64,000 nt of DNA from Octopus sinensis (lineage: Eukaryota). The position numbers and the translations under genes are program-made. The stretch is from NCBI RefSeq assembly GCF_006345805.1, contig NC_043000.1:35154001-35218000 (forward strand), in the 5' to 3' direction. A model generated the notes under the pieces. That model worked only from the letters and a program-made list of their open reading frames with translations. It did not search any database and had not been told where the DNA came from. Positions 1-11,006 of this stretch are shown piece after piece (the first letter of the stretch is position 1; each line of letters opens with the position of its first letter).

Positions 1-1616
1 TCAAAATAATTATCATAGCCATCTTCTCCCTCTCATGCTGAATTCTTTTTTTTTCAACAAACTACAAACCATTTTACATCAACTTCCTTCCATTGAAATG
101 CATTCTCTCTCTCTCTCCCTCTCTCTCTCCCACATACACTATTTATCTTGGTAATTCTAGAAATTAACATTGATTATATGGAATTATTAATTAATACCTA
201 TAAGTATTTTAATTCTACAAGTTACTGTAGCTAGGGAGACTCAGTTTAAAATGAAACTGGTTTATCAGTTGATGATCCAACAGTTTGTATCTTGGCACTA
301 ATCACATTCAGCTGTGTTTGGCAAAGTTTGCCTGGCTGGGAATGTTTACAGTAACAATAGATTTCAATGTTACATGCAGCAGTAGGAGCACTGTAAAATC
401 ACTGAGTGTTTCATTGTCTTTCTGTTCTGAGTTCAGTTTCTTCTATAGTATTCCAACCAGATACACTATTCAGTGCTACTTGACTCATTAACATGTTCTT
501 TGATTATTCAATTTAATGATGTGTGTGTGTGTAAATAGAATTGTCAAGAATTGTATTAACATAACTTTATAATTCCTGTGTCTGTCAAGATGGTTTATAC
601 TTTCCAATGAAAATATTTGATTTCACAAAGGAATTTTTAAAGAGAAATCTTCTTCATATTTTAGCTAAACTTGTAGAATTTCATTCCCTATATTTCTTTC
701 AGTTTTTAATTTTTCTTTTATTTTTCTTAATGGTTTACTCAGAGTATTCACAGACAGTTGTGTATTTCAAGAATACTTCATGAGATTTTCTCTTCCTATT
801 TACTATTTCAATCTTCTCATCTTATTCTCTCTTTATACCCTGTCCTCAATCCATGACTATTTCTCACTGCCAATACTCCATCCTTCATAACCTGTTCATA
901 CTTTCCAACTGCTTTTCTTGTTGACATTTTCCATGGTTCTTCTTGGCTATTGTAGTGGTTCCAAGCAGTCAATAATTCTCAGTACATTCACCAATGTTTT
1001 TATATTCATCCAACTGTTGCCATATTACTTCTCAAAGAATATAAGCCTGTGAAACTAATTGACTTTCTGTTATATCATCTTTATCTGTTTGTGATATCTA
1101 AAGAAGATCTGAGACATTATTTGTCACAGGCACTTGTTTACAGCAGCAGTAACATGCAATTAGGTTTCAGGCTAAAGATATAGAAGAAATCTTGTTTCAA
1201 AAATAAAGTCTGAGCTTGTTATACAAAAAACAATTGGAATTAAACCTCTTCATATAAGTTCTAACCTCCACATCACATTGCTGTGTCTGTTAAATGATAA
1301 TTAACTCTTGAGGAATAGTTTACCTTTCTTTATCTCTTCATCTTTTCTTACCATTTTTGTTCAACAGAGTCTTTATCACTTCATAAAAGACTGTCTTTTA
1401 TGCATCTTCTCAATGCATATAGCAGAATTTATTCCTGTGTTAGTCTGGCCATCTTAGATGTATCTTTTAGATGAATCAAAAACCATTGTCCCTCTCTTTG
1501 TAAGGTTAGGGATCGAAGCCTTTTAAAATAAACTTTGACCTTTTTTTTTTCCTTTTAGAAAAGTTTTTTCTCCCCCACCAAATGTTGTTTGTAGAATAAA
1601 TAGTTATTCCAGTGTC

Positions 1617-1691
1617 ATGTTGCCAGTGATATTTACAGACAGACAAGTTGTAAGAAATGAGAGTTGGTCGACAAGCATTAGAAAAGTCGAA
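1617..1691 (+). CDS. Candidate N-terminal coding exon of the host (FoxP-like) gene: MLPVIFTDRQVVRNESWSTSIRKVE
   Basis: ttattccag acceptor ending at 1612, ATG at 1617, 25 open codons, then GAA|GTAAGG donor at 1692. Phase 0, so it joins in frame to exon 8133-8285. No homology recognised. Confidence 0.45.
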
Positions 1692-2289
1692 GTAAGGTTC
1701 TTCCTTAGAAATCATTGAATGACTTTGATTTGATTTTGAGCTTCTACATTTTCTTCTTTTTGTCTTTGCTTTTCCTGTTTTCAGTCTTTGGATTATACCC
1801 ATGCTGGAGCACTAGCTTATTTCCCTCTCTCAAATCAGTGATATCAGTCTCAGCACTTTGCCTGGTATGTATTTGATTGAGCTCATAAGGATGGAAGTCA
1901 GTCACTCCAGGGCATAAAGGGATGGAACAAAATACTACAGTAGTTTTGTGTGAAGTAGCAGTCCCCAGCCACCATACATACTCACACACACACACACACA
2001 CAAATATGTATATACACTCACGAACACACACACGAGCACACAGACATGTGAAAAATAGACAGACACCATTATTTTTTAAATTTTTATTTCTAGAAACAAA
2101 ATAATGTGATGTGATGCATAAAATACTTTATCTAGTCTTTACTTAAACATGTCTTGTGTAGTTTATTAAGTATTTAACCCATTTGGGCATTGTACTAATT
2201 GAATTGTGTTTGTGCAAGATTACAAGGTGTGTCTATTTACTTTTGAGATATCTGTATATATGTGTTTGTTTGTGTGTGTAAGAATATAT

Positions 2290-3030
2290 ACAATGTGTTC
2301 ATGCTAAATTTGACAGTTTGCATAAAAGAAAACCCAATTTCAATTAAAGAATCAAAAACATATCAACTAGATTATAGCTAGGAGATAACAATTTGCTTAA
2401 AGACGTTTCCACCACAGCCTCAAATGGCTCTGGAACTTGGTGCATGCATTCCTTACCATGTGACTGTGAAAATCTTCAAATACCTCCTTGATCTAGGCCA
2501 CCATCTCAGCCTTGGAGTTGCAGGCAGAGCAATTAGTGTCTTTCTGAACTGCACCTGACACTTAATTACCCATGGAATTACAATCAGTGGGGATTAAGAA
2601 GCCAGAAATTGGTGCTGGTGAAGTCGTAGAAATTCTCCAACTACTGTTTCTGACATTTTTTGGTGTCATGTTAAACAGCCAAATCCTGCTACCACACATA
2701 TGGCCTTCTCCAGCTGGAGTTTGACCACAGTGTCTAGCAGCTTCAAATAGGCATCTGAATGGAGCGGAGCCTAAGGTGCTGTTCAAAGATGTGAGGGATG
2801 AACTCTGGTGTGTGGCCATGGTCAAGACATCTGTTGTGTCTTTTCCTGCTGGCCATGGCTTCATACTTTTCACTGCAGCTGTCCCTGTCACATCTTGCAG
2901 CCTCTGCAGTGTTCACAGAGCACTGGACAGCAGTCATGATGTTGGCATTTTGACACCTGGTGCAAATTCTCATGACACAGGTAACTAACTCTTTCTTCAG
3001 TATTCTAGCCCCACTTGTCACCCAGCTTAT
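2290..3030 (-). mobile_element. Decayed, internally deleted mariner-like (maT/DD37D-type) transposon
   Basis: Minus-strand frames give PHIFEQHLRL, LLDTVVKP, PYVW*QD, ENFYDFTSTNFW and DCNSM, with stops and frameshifts. Same family as 44780-45570. Confidence 0.75.
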
Positions 3031-3389
3031 ACTTTAATCTTTCTGCCCTACAACATAATTGACTGTTCACCAATATATGAAGCTGCTACAGGAAAAAAGG
3101 AGGTGCACACACGCATGCCCGTGCATAGACACACACACACACACACACACCCTAGCATGCCCACAACCCATGAACTGGAACAAGTAAAAGATGTTTATTT
3201 TTACAAAAGAATGATTATTCACATCAATTTTAAATACTACATATATGTATGTATCAATGTTTGAATGTCTTTAAATATGGGTGTCCATACATGGACACAT
3301 GTACACACACACACACACACTCACACACACACACTTGTGTTGATAAGAAGGATATGGGATGTGAGAAAAGTTGTTGAGTTGACAGAAAA

Positions 3390-3790
3390 AGACTGAAACG
3401 GTAGGCTGGTGTTCAAAGTATAATGCGAAACATGTAGGGTCATGTTAACAGTATGTCATAAATAAAAAGGAAAGAGATGTGTCTTGTGAGTAGGAAAATG
3501 TTAAGAAGTGTGATGAATTTAGAAGGGAGCTGTAATTTATGTATAGAAGAGCCAATCTGTTCCTGGTTTGAACATGGAATAAGAGCAGCTGACACAGGCC
3601 TGATGGAAGAGAGCTTTTAGTTATGTGTGGAAAATTTTTTAAGTGTAAATAGACTTAAGTACATCTAGGAAGATAGGGAAGACATGGTTCATTCAGAAAA
3701 AGACCCTAGAGTCTCATTGACGAAATGATAAAATGGAAGATTTGGTCTGCCCAGCCTGTGCTAGCTTGGGAAATTGAATTTTAAAACAAC
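3390..3790 (+). mobile_element. Heavily decayed 3' fragment of an RTE-type LINE
   Basis: WFEHG.R resembles the RLRWFGHV motif, and the end resembles the RTE 3' tail seen elsewhere in the window. Confidence 0.4.
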
Positions 3791-4082
3791 AATAATTATA
3801 GTTAACCATTTATTTCTCTGTCCGTTTGTTCTAATAATCTATGAAACCTGCCAAAATCTATAGCTTCTTCAACTTGATAGGAATAAATAAATGGATAAAG
3901 GGAAGACTATGGACATTGCTGGTCTTCTTTTTAATGGGGAAAAAAATAATAATATTGAAGTTTGATATTTTTTAAGCAGGATCAATAATGTGTAACCTCA
4001 GTATATTCTGACAAGAATGGACTGTTCTTTTGTCTTCTTATCTATCTATTTCTCTTTCTATCAATCAGATGCCTGTCTGTCA

Positions 4083-4116
<34 letters not shown>

Positions 4117-5592
4117 TCTTCCTACTCTCATTACACTAAATGGAAATGGATATAATACAGTTTAATGCTTTCTGGAATGTAATTTCCTTGGTTCCTAAGT
4201 ACATTGTTGAACTGCAGTCATTTTGTATAATGGTTCAAGAAGCTCCAAGTTTGACATTCTCTTTCACCGTCGACCATCTCACTGACAACCGATATGCCAT
4301 CAAAATTAGCAGTTTTGGTGTGCACTCATCGTATGATGGTGGTGGTGGTGGTTGTGTAATAAATATGAAAGTAAAAAAACTTAAAAGTGCCAAAAATCTC
4401 CTCCATAGGTCAGCCAATCATTGGAACACTTGCTGAATAAATAGTAGAGCACTAAAATCTGTTACTTAGATCACCACCACCACCATCACTGATTCAATAA
4501 TTCATTTATTTATTTATTTTTTTTATTTTCCATGTTGGATGGTGAAATGAGTTGTAAATTCCAAGAAATTTTAGTGCCTTTCCATTCTGTGATGTATTTA
4601 CCACTAAACTCTCAAATCTTATATCTGCTGCACTTAGTCTTCTTATGGCTTTTCTATTAATCTGTTGCAATGAATCTGTTAAAATCAGCATCTTTTCTCC
4701 TCTTTCTCCATTCCTTACTCCTACCTTCTCTCTCTCTCTCACCACTGCTTTATTAATTACTTTCTCTGTAAGTTATAGCTTTGTGAATACAGTGTTACTT
4801 TGAAGGTGTGTGTGTGTGTGTGGCAACATATTTTTATTGAATTAAGTAAGGTTTATAGAAGTTACGGTCTTTCTCCACTTAGTTTTTCTTTCTTTCACTT
4901 TTTATTAGCCAATCTATTTTGTTTTAGTTTGCCAGTCAAATATGAGATTTTTTACACTTTTCTCTACAGACTGACAAGAAATGAAAAAAGCTGATAAACT
5001 TCTAATCTTTCTCCACACTTAAAAATGAAGGAATCATCTAACAATTTGGAAATGAATTTAATGATAGTTTGAATTGTGATTCTTTAGTAATATTCTAAAA
5101 GTTCATCTTTTTATTTCTTATGAAGTTTTCTCGCCTTCCCCTTCATATCATGTTTTATGTTTGTTTAGTCACAATAGTCCATCTATCGAGAGGACTCTGT
5201 TATATTATACAAGTATTAAGCTTCTGACAACATTACATTCATCTAGAGTGCTGTTACATATTGTACAATTATTATTAAACACACGGATACATTTGTGTGG
5301 TAAGTTATACTATACTAACAAGTACTTGACAAAGTCATATAAAGAAGTTTGGTTTTATAGCAAGTTCGTATTTACAAAGACAAATTACTAGCACAGTGCT
5401 GATTGAGCTGAAGAAGCCAAAAAACTTGAGCAAGAACTCTCAGATATTGAGTTCTACTTTTACAACTACCCAGTTAGCTCCAGCTGCATTTCACTGACAA
5501 AAAATGAAAGGCTTTTTCTTGGTGTCTATTGAATCCCAGAAATTTGAAAGGCAAAGTTGAGCTTGATGAGGAGTGAAATTGACAAAGTTTAA

Positions 5593-5812
5593 CCCTTTTG
5601 TTACCGTATTTATTTTGAGATGCTCTGTGTTTCAGTCAATTAATTTTAAATACAACAGAGAATTTAGTAAAATAACTGTTATTATTAAGCTTGTGTTAGG
5701 AACCTAAATTGTGACTAAGGTTTGGTGGGAGATTTTAATTCAAAACTTATGAAAACAAGACATTTATGCTACAGGGCCAGAGGCAGTTTCAGCCGGGTTG
5801 GTATTGAAAGGG
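5593..5812. mobile_element. piggyBac-type MITE (220 bp)
   Basis: TTAA on both flanks (5589-5592, 5813-5816). TIRs CCCTTTTGTTACC / GGTATTGAAAGGG match at 10/13. Confidence 0.85.
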
Positions 5813-6043
5813 TTAAATACTCTTTTACAACTTTACTGGCACCTATCTCACATTTACTCTTCTGGTTACAACAATTTTGATATTTGTACTCACAGGTTGA
5901 TATACATCGTTAAAACGTCTTATAAAACTAGCATCATCAGGTAACATCTGTCTTCCTTGCTGGTATGGGTTGGACAGTTCGACTGGAGCAGGCACTGCAC
6001 CAAGCTCTACTATCTGTTTTAGCATTAATAATAATAATAATAA

Positions 6044-6283
6044 CCCTTTCTAGTATAGGCACAAGGCCTGAATTGTGAGGGAGGGGGCTAGTCGATTACA
6101 TTGACCTCAGTGCATAACTGGTACTTAATTTATGAACCCTGAAAGGGTAAAAGATAAAGTTGACCTCTGTGGAATTTGAACTAAGAACATAGCGGCAGAT
6201 GGAAAACCACTAAGCATTTTGCCTGGCATGCTAACGATTCTGCCAGCTTGCCATGCTAATGATTCTGCCAGCTCACTGCCTTC
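6044..6283 (-). mobile_element. SINE family B (tRNA-like head ggcgagctggcagaa..., (AAT)n tail)
   Basis: Recurrent ~220-bp repeat. Other copies at about 10215-10410(-), 11000-11190(-), 11775-11975(-), 17250-17465(-), 19766-19977(+), 33100-33220(-), 33905-34112(+), 51978-52205(+). Confidence 0.8.
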
Positions 6284-6318
<35 letters not shown>

Positions 6319-6419
6319 TATTATTATTATTATTATTAAAATAGCTTTTGTATTAAAATATAAACATTTGTAATGGTCAAGATAGTGTGTGTGTGATCAT
6401 TGTCATGAACATGTTTTCC

Positions 6420-6760
6420 ATGATGGCGTGAGTTGGTTTGATGGTGAATTAGAGGATTGTACCAAGTTCCACTATCTTCTTTGGCATGGTTTCTATGGCT
6501 GGTCGATGCCCTTCCTAACACCAACCACTTTACAGAGTAGACTGGATGCTTTTTATGTGGCACCAGTGAGGTCACCAAGTAATTTACAAGACAAAAGTCC
6601 CTCAACTGAGAGGGGATGTGGTATTGAGGGTGGGGTCTTTGTGCCAGGTGATGAGAGCTTAAACTATGCTAGAAGGACAGAAATAAGTATCTTGCTGAAG
6701 AGATAAATGGTTATCCCTGTTACAGAGTGTATTCAGTGCTTTTTACATGGCACCAATACT
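6420..6760 (-). mobile_element. RTE-LINE 3'-end-derived short repeat (family with (GAT)n tail)
   Basis: Core motif gctggatgcccttcctaacgccaaccac. Related copies at about 21020-21230, 35970-36160, 50560-50680(+), 54340-54700, 54940-55155, 62040-62265, 63160-63360. Confidence 0.7.
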
Positions 6761-7444
6761 GACAGAGTCACTGTAGATAGAGTAGTATTGAGTGGGTGTG
6801 GGCTTTATGCCAGCTGAGAGATTTACGGTCTAGAGGGGACAGATATAGGTGTCTTGTTGTAGAGCAGATTACATGGGTACCCCAGTTGGAAAAGAAAGTG
6901 AGTTGGTGAGTAAGATAGATAGATAGATAGAGAGAGAGAGAGTGACAGTAAGAGACAGATGATGGTGAAGATGTGTCAGGGTATACCCTCAAGGGAAATT
7001 GAGGGTGGTGGGAAGAGGTGAGGTGATAAAGTGCCTTGGGCTGGGTGAGTAATGAGGAGATTGTAGTAAATGAAGGAGAGAAATATAGGAGAGTCTGAGG
7101 GTGGGGCATGGGTTACAGTTGATATGTCAAGGCACTGAGGGTGATAGCAGGTAAGTGAGGGACTGATGATGCAGAACATCACAGGGAGGTGAGAGAATGT
7201 ACTGAAAGGAAGTGACTGGGGGAGAAAGTAGGTGAGAAAGCAATGTTGGGGGGACAAACACAATCACACACATATATATATGATGGGCTTCTTTCAGTTT
7301 CCATTTAACAAATCCACTCACAAGGCTTTGGTAAGTCTGAGGCTTTAGTAAAAGACACTTGTCCAAGGTGCCACACAGTGGGACTGAACTGGCAACCATG
7401 TGGTTGGTAAGCAAGCTACTTACCACACAGCCACTCCTGCCTAA

Positions 7445-8080
7445 CTTTTCTCTCAATATCCTAGTGCTCTGTTGCACATGTGCACTGACATTGCACTTCC
7501 AGCACAGAGTGTACCTGTTTCATTCCTCTCTTGTCTTCACATGTCCTCTACATTCAAGGCCCACGTCTCACTATCATGTAGCATTGCCATCCATACACAT
7601 GCTTCATACAATCTTGCTTTCTCTCAGAGAGTGAGACCTTTGGTTGCCAACTGAAGTGAAAGCTCTCAACTTTTTCCATCCTTTTCTTATTCTAACAATT
7701 ACACTTTCATTTCATCTTCCTCTGCTACTAATTAGCTCATCTAGGTAGCTGAAATTATCTTCTACTTTTGAAGAATCTTCAGGGCATACAGTTTGCCATA
7801 TATCTCTAATCTTTATGGCTTCTGTCCATCTTCCACTTACAAATACTACTTTCTCTGTTAACCTTGTTACCATTCCATTGCAATTCTTGTGTGCCCATAG
7901 CTTGCACTGGGTACACTGTATGGAATTCCTGCCTATGCCTTTCCTACATATCAAGCAAGGCCATTTACCTGAAGTGGGTAGGATCCTCTCCAATTTCTTA
8001 TTTACCAGACCCTTGGTCTTTCCTAAGTGAACTTTAAAACCCTTTGATTCCAGGTTTTGTTTCCACCCCCAGAATTCCTT
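7445..8080 (-). mobile_element. RTE-clade LINE fragment (RT C-terminal region with Cys/His finger)
   Basis: WKQNLESKGFKVHLGKTK, KWPCLICRKGIGRNSIQCTQCKLWAHKNC and FSYLDELISSRG, followed by a decayed KGLSL..K.RLYEAC..MLHDSETWA segment. Confidence 0.85.
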
Positions 8081-8132
8081 ACACACACACACACACACAC
8101 TTGAATAAAACTGTAAATATTTGTTCTTGTAG

Positions 8133-8285
8133 GAAGATGGGATGATGGAAGGAGGCAGCCATCAGGAGACAGCCATTAACTTATCTACGAGTAAAGACTT
8201 GCTGCAATCCTGTAACGGAGATCTTTACACTGTTGCTCGTTCAAGTGCAGCCTTACATGCTGCTGAAAATGGTGATGCTTCTCAG
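8133..8285 (+). CDS. FoxP: Coding exon, probable FoxP N-terminal region: EDGMMEGGSHQETAINLSTSKDLLQSCNGDLYTVARSSAALHAAENGDASQ
   Basis: Acceptor atttgttcttgtag, 153 nt, 51 open codons, phase 0/0, donor CAG|GTTTG. Unique sequence between two TEs. AINLSTS-x-NGDL(Y) matches my recollection of invertebrate FoxP N-termini. The exon itself is well supported; the gene name is less certain because no forkhead domain is seen. Confidence 0.6.
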
Positions 8286-8480
8286 GTTTGTCCCTTATTA
8301 TTTTTCTCTGCAAAATAATACCTTTCATTAACTCTGAACCAGTTGTTAAGTGCACCCACCACCTGAGGGATCAATGCTAGAAGTGTTGAAACAATTGATG
8401 TGATTAATAATAAAAATTCTCATATTCTACCTTCCATCTTTCTTTTACCATACATATATATATATGTATGTAGATATATA

Positions 8481-9700
8481 CAGGAGTTGGACAAAATAAT
8501 TGAAACACCTTAGAATTTCAAACAAATATATTTTAATATGGGGTAGGACTGCCTTTCGCAGTAATTACAGCTTGAATTCTTAGAGGTATGGACTTGTACA
8601 AAGTTTGAATTGTTTCCAAAGGAATTTTTTGTCCATTCTTCAGTTAAAACAGTCTCCAGTTCTTGTAGTGATGATGGTGGAGAATATCGACTCCTGACTT
8701 GTTTTTCTAAAATGCACCATAAATGTATAATAATATTGAGATCTGGGGACTGTGGTGGCCAGATAAGATGTTCAACTTCACTAGAGTGTTACTTGTGCCA
8801 TTCAGTAACGAATTTAGCTTTGTGAATTGGTGCATTATCATCCTGAAAGATTGCATTTCCCTCCGGAACAGTTCTGCAACCATAGGATGAATTTGATCAG
8901 ATAATATGCTTAAATAGTATCAACTATTAATTCTGCCATAAAGGGAAACCATTGGACTGGTGAATTTCCAAGATATAGCCCCTGCCCCCATCATCATAGA
9001 TCCTCTTCCATGTTTAACAGTTGTAAGAAAGCAGTCTGGGTCAAATGCTTCTTTTGGTTGTCTCCACACTCAGCTGATGGTTGGATATAAGGTAAAGGAT
9101 GACTTGTCTGAGAAAATAACATTCTTCTACTTGCTCTAGGGACCAGTTCTGTAGGTTTTTACTCCACTCTATATGCTTTACAACATTTCTTTTTGAAAGT
9201 AGAGTTTTCTGATTGTAGCCCTCCCATGAAATCCAGCGAACGGTTTTTGAGGAAACTGGGTTCTCAAGGTGGTCATTAAGTTCTGCAGTAATTTTGGGAG
9301 CTGTACTTTTGTGATCCTTTTTAACAATTCGCATAAGAGTCTGATGGTACCTATCTGAAAATTTTGGTTTTCTTCCAGAGTTTTGGTTTGACGAGGAGGG
9401 TTTTTCCCTCTTTCCCAAAGGCTGTCATTACTTTCAAGACAGTACTTCTTGATACACCAAACATTTCGGCTGTTTTCGTTATGCTAGCACCTGCCATATG
9501 AGCACCAACAATTTGACCTCTTTGAAAGTCTGATAGATCTATCATTTTAATGAATTTTAATTACCTTTTCCTGATGATATTTGAAAAGAAACAGCTATTT
9601 TAGTAAAACATATTAAGCAACACTAATAATAATTCAATGGGTTTTATCGATATTTCAAAATTATGATGCTAGGGATTTCTGTTATTTTGTCCAACCCCTG
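8481..9700 (-). mobile_element. Full-length Tc1-like DNA transposon (1220 bp) with DD36E spacing
   Basis: TA-flanked TIRs CAGGAGTTGGACAAAATAA / TTATTTTGTCCAACCCCTG enclosing a decayed transposase. Confidence 0.92.
8533..9545 (-). pseudogene. Tc1-like transposase pseudogene
   Basis: MIDLSDFQRGQIVGAHMAGAS..., GRKPKFSDR, VIFSDKSSF, FQDDNAPIH, WPPQSPDLNIIIHLW, ...AKGSPTPY*. Contains frameshifts and an internal stop, and the catalytic E is changed to I. Confidence 0.9.
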
Positions 9701-9769
9701 TATATATTTGTGTGTCTTTTTCTCTTGTTTTACGTATGTTTATATTTAAATAAATACACATGCATATAT

Positions 9770-9838
<69 letters not shown>

Positions 9839-10439
9839 GTCTATGTGTCTGTGTGTGTATATACATGTGTGTTTGGTCCCCACTATCATGTAACAACTGT
9901 TGATTGCTTAAGTCCCTGTAATTTAGTGGTGAGTCAAATTGTATAGCACTGTATGACACCCTCCTATCTTTGAAAAGGAAATCATACATTAGGTAATAAT
10001 AGACCAGTCTAGCAAAAAAGTAAAAAAAAAAAAAATAGTGCTCCAGACTGGCAATATCTTTTAGTATAAATGTATTCAATTAGAGATTTTTCAGTTCTAA
10101 CACAAGGACAACGGCGTGGGATTGTAGAAACTATGAACAACAAATGAGACTGAACTTCATGCAACAGCCATAATAAAATTAAGGAAGATGATGACAACAT
10201 CATTAATAACTTCAGGTTTTGGCACAAGGCCAGCAATCTTTGGCAGGAATTAAGTCAATTACATTGACCCTCTTATCTGGTACTTATTTGATTGACACTG
10301 AAAAGATGTAAGGTAAAGCTGACCTCGGCAGAATTTGAACTCAGAACTTAAAGGCAGGCAAAATGCCACTAAGCGTTTTGCTTGGTGTGCTAACAATTCT
10401 GCCAGCTTGCTGCTCTCAACAACAACAACAACAACAACA

Positions 10440-10958
10440 ATGGCTTCTGATCTTAATTGATTGGAAGTGTTATCATGTTTTGTCTTGGTATAAAAGATGG
10501 GCTACAGCAAATATTCTGCTCAATACCACAGATTTGCTTGTCAGTTGTTTGACCTTAACTAGTGGAGCATGTCCCTTAGTAGCTGACGGTATGTGTATTT
10601 CTGATCACGAGCAGAAGTAGTGGGGGAGCATCATAGCTATGTGTTGAGAGGGATTTTTGGGGTTTTGAATAATTCACCTCTGGAAACATGAGTGTTTCAT
10701 TCAACATCCTTAAACAACCCTTATTCATGGACCTTTTGAGTAGGATGGGCTACTCGACCTGAAGAAAATTCTAGCTGGGCCCCACCTGCAAGGTCATGTG
10801 CTGTTTTTCTTGATCTGAAATCATTATGTCGTGCACATACATTTGTGATGCTTGTGCCTGGTGTACCCTTATCAGACAGGTAGTCATAATGGGTGTATTG
10901 GGCTTCATATATTTGTACCCCAGTGTCATTTTGATGGCATGTGCTGCTCTCTCCCATG
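10440..10958 (+). mobile_element. ~520-bp non-autonomous retroposon (family C) ending in (AAT)n
   Basis: Closely similar second copy at 16672-17213 with the same ends and an (AAT)n tail. Confidence 0.8.
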
Positions 10959-10967
10959 ATAATAATG

Positions 10968-11006
<39 letters not shown>

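Noticed and set aside
5896-5940. 45-nt segment between cacag and gtaac resembling an exon
   Set aside because: Stop in phase 0, and the donor lies inside an RTE-tail repeat.
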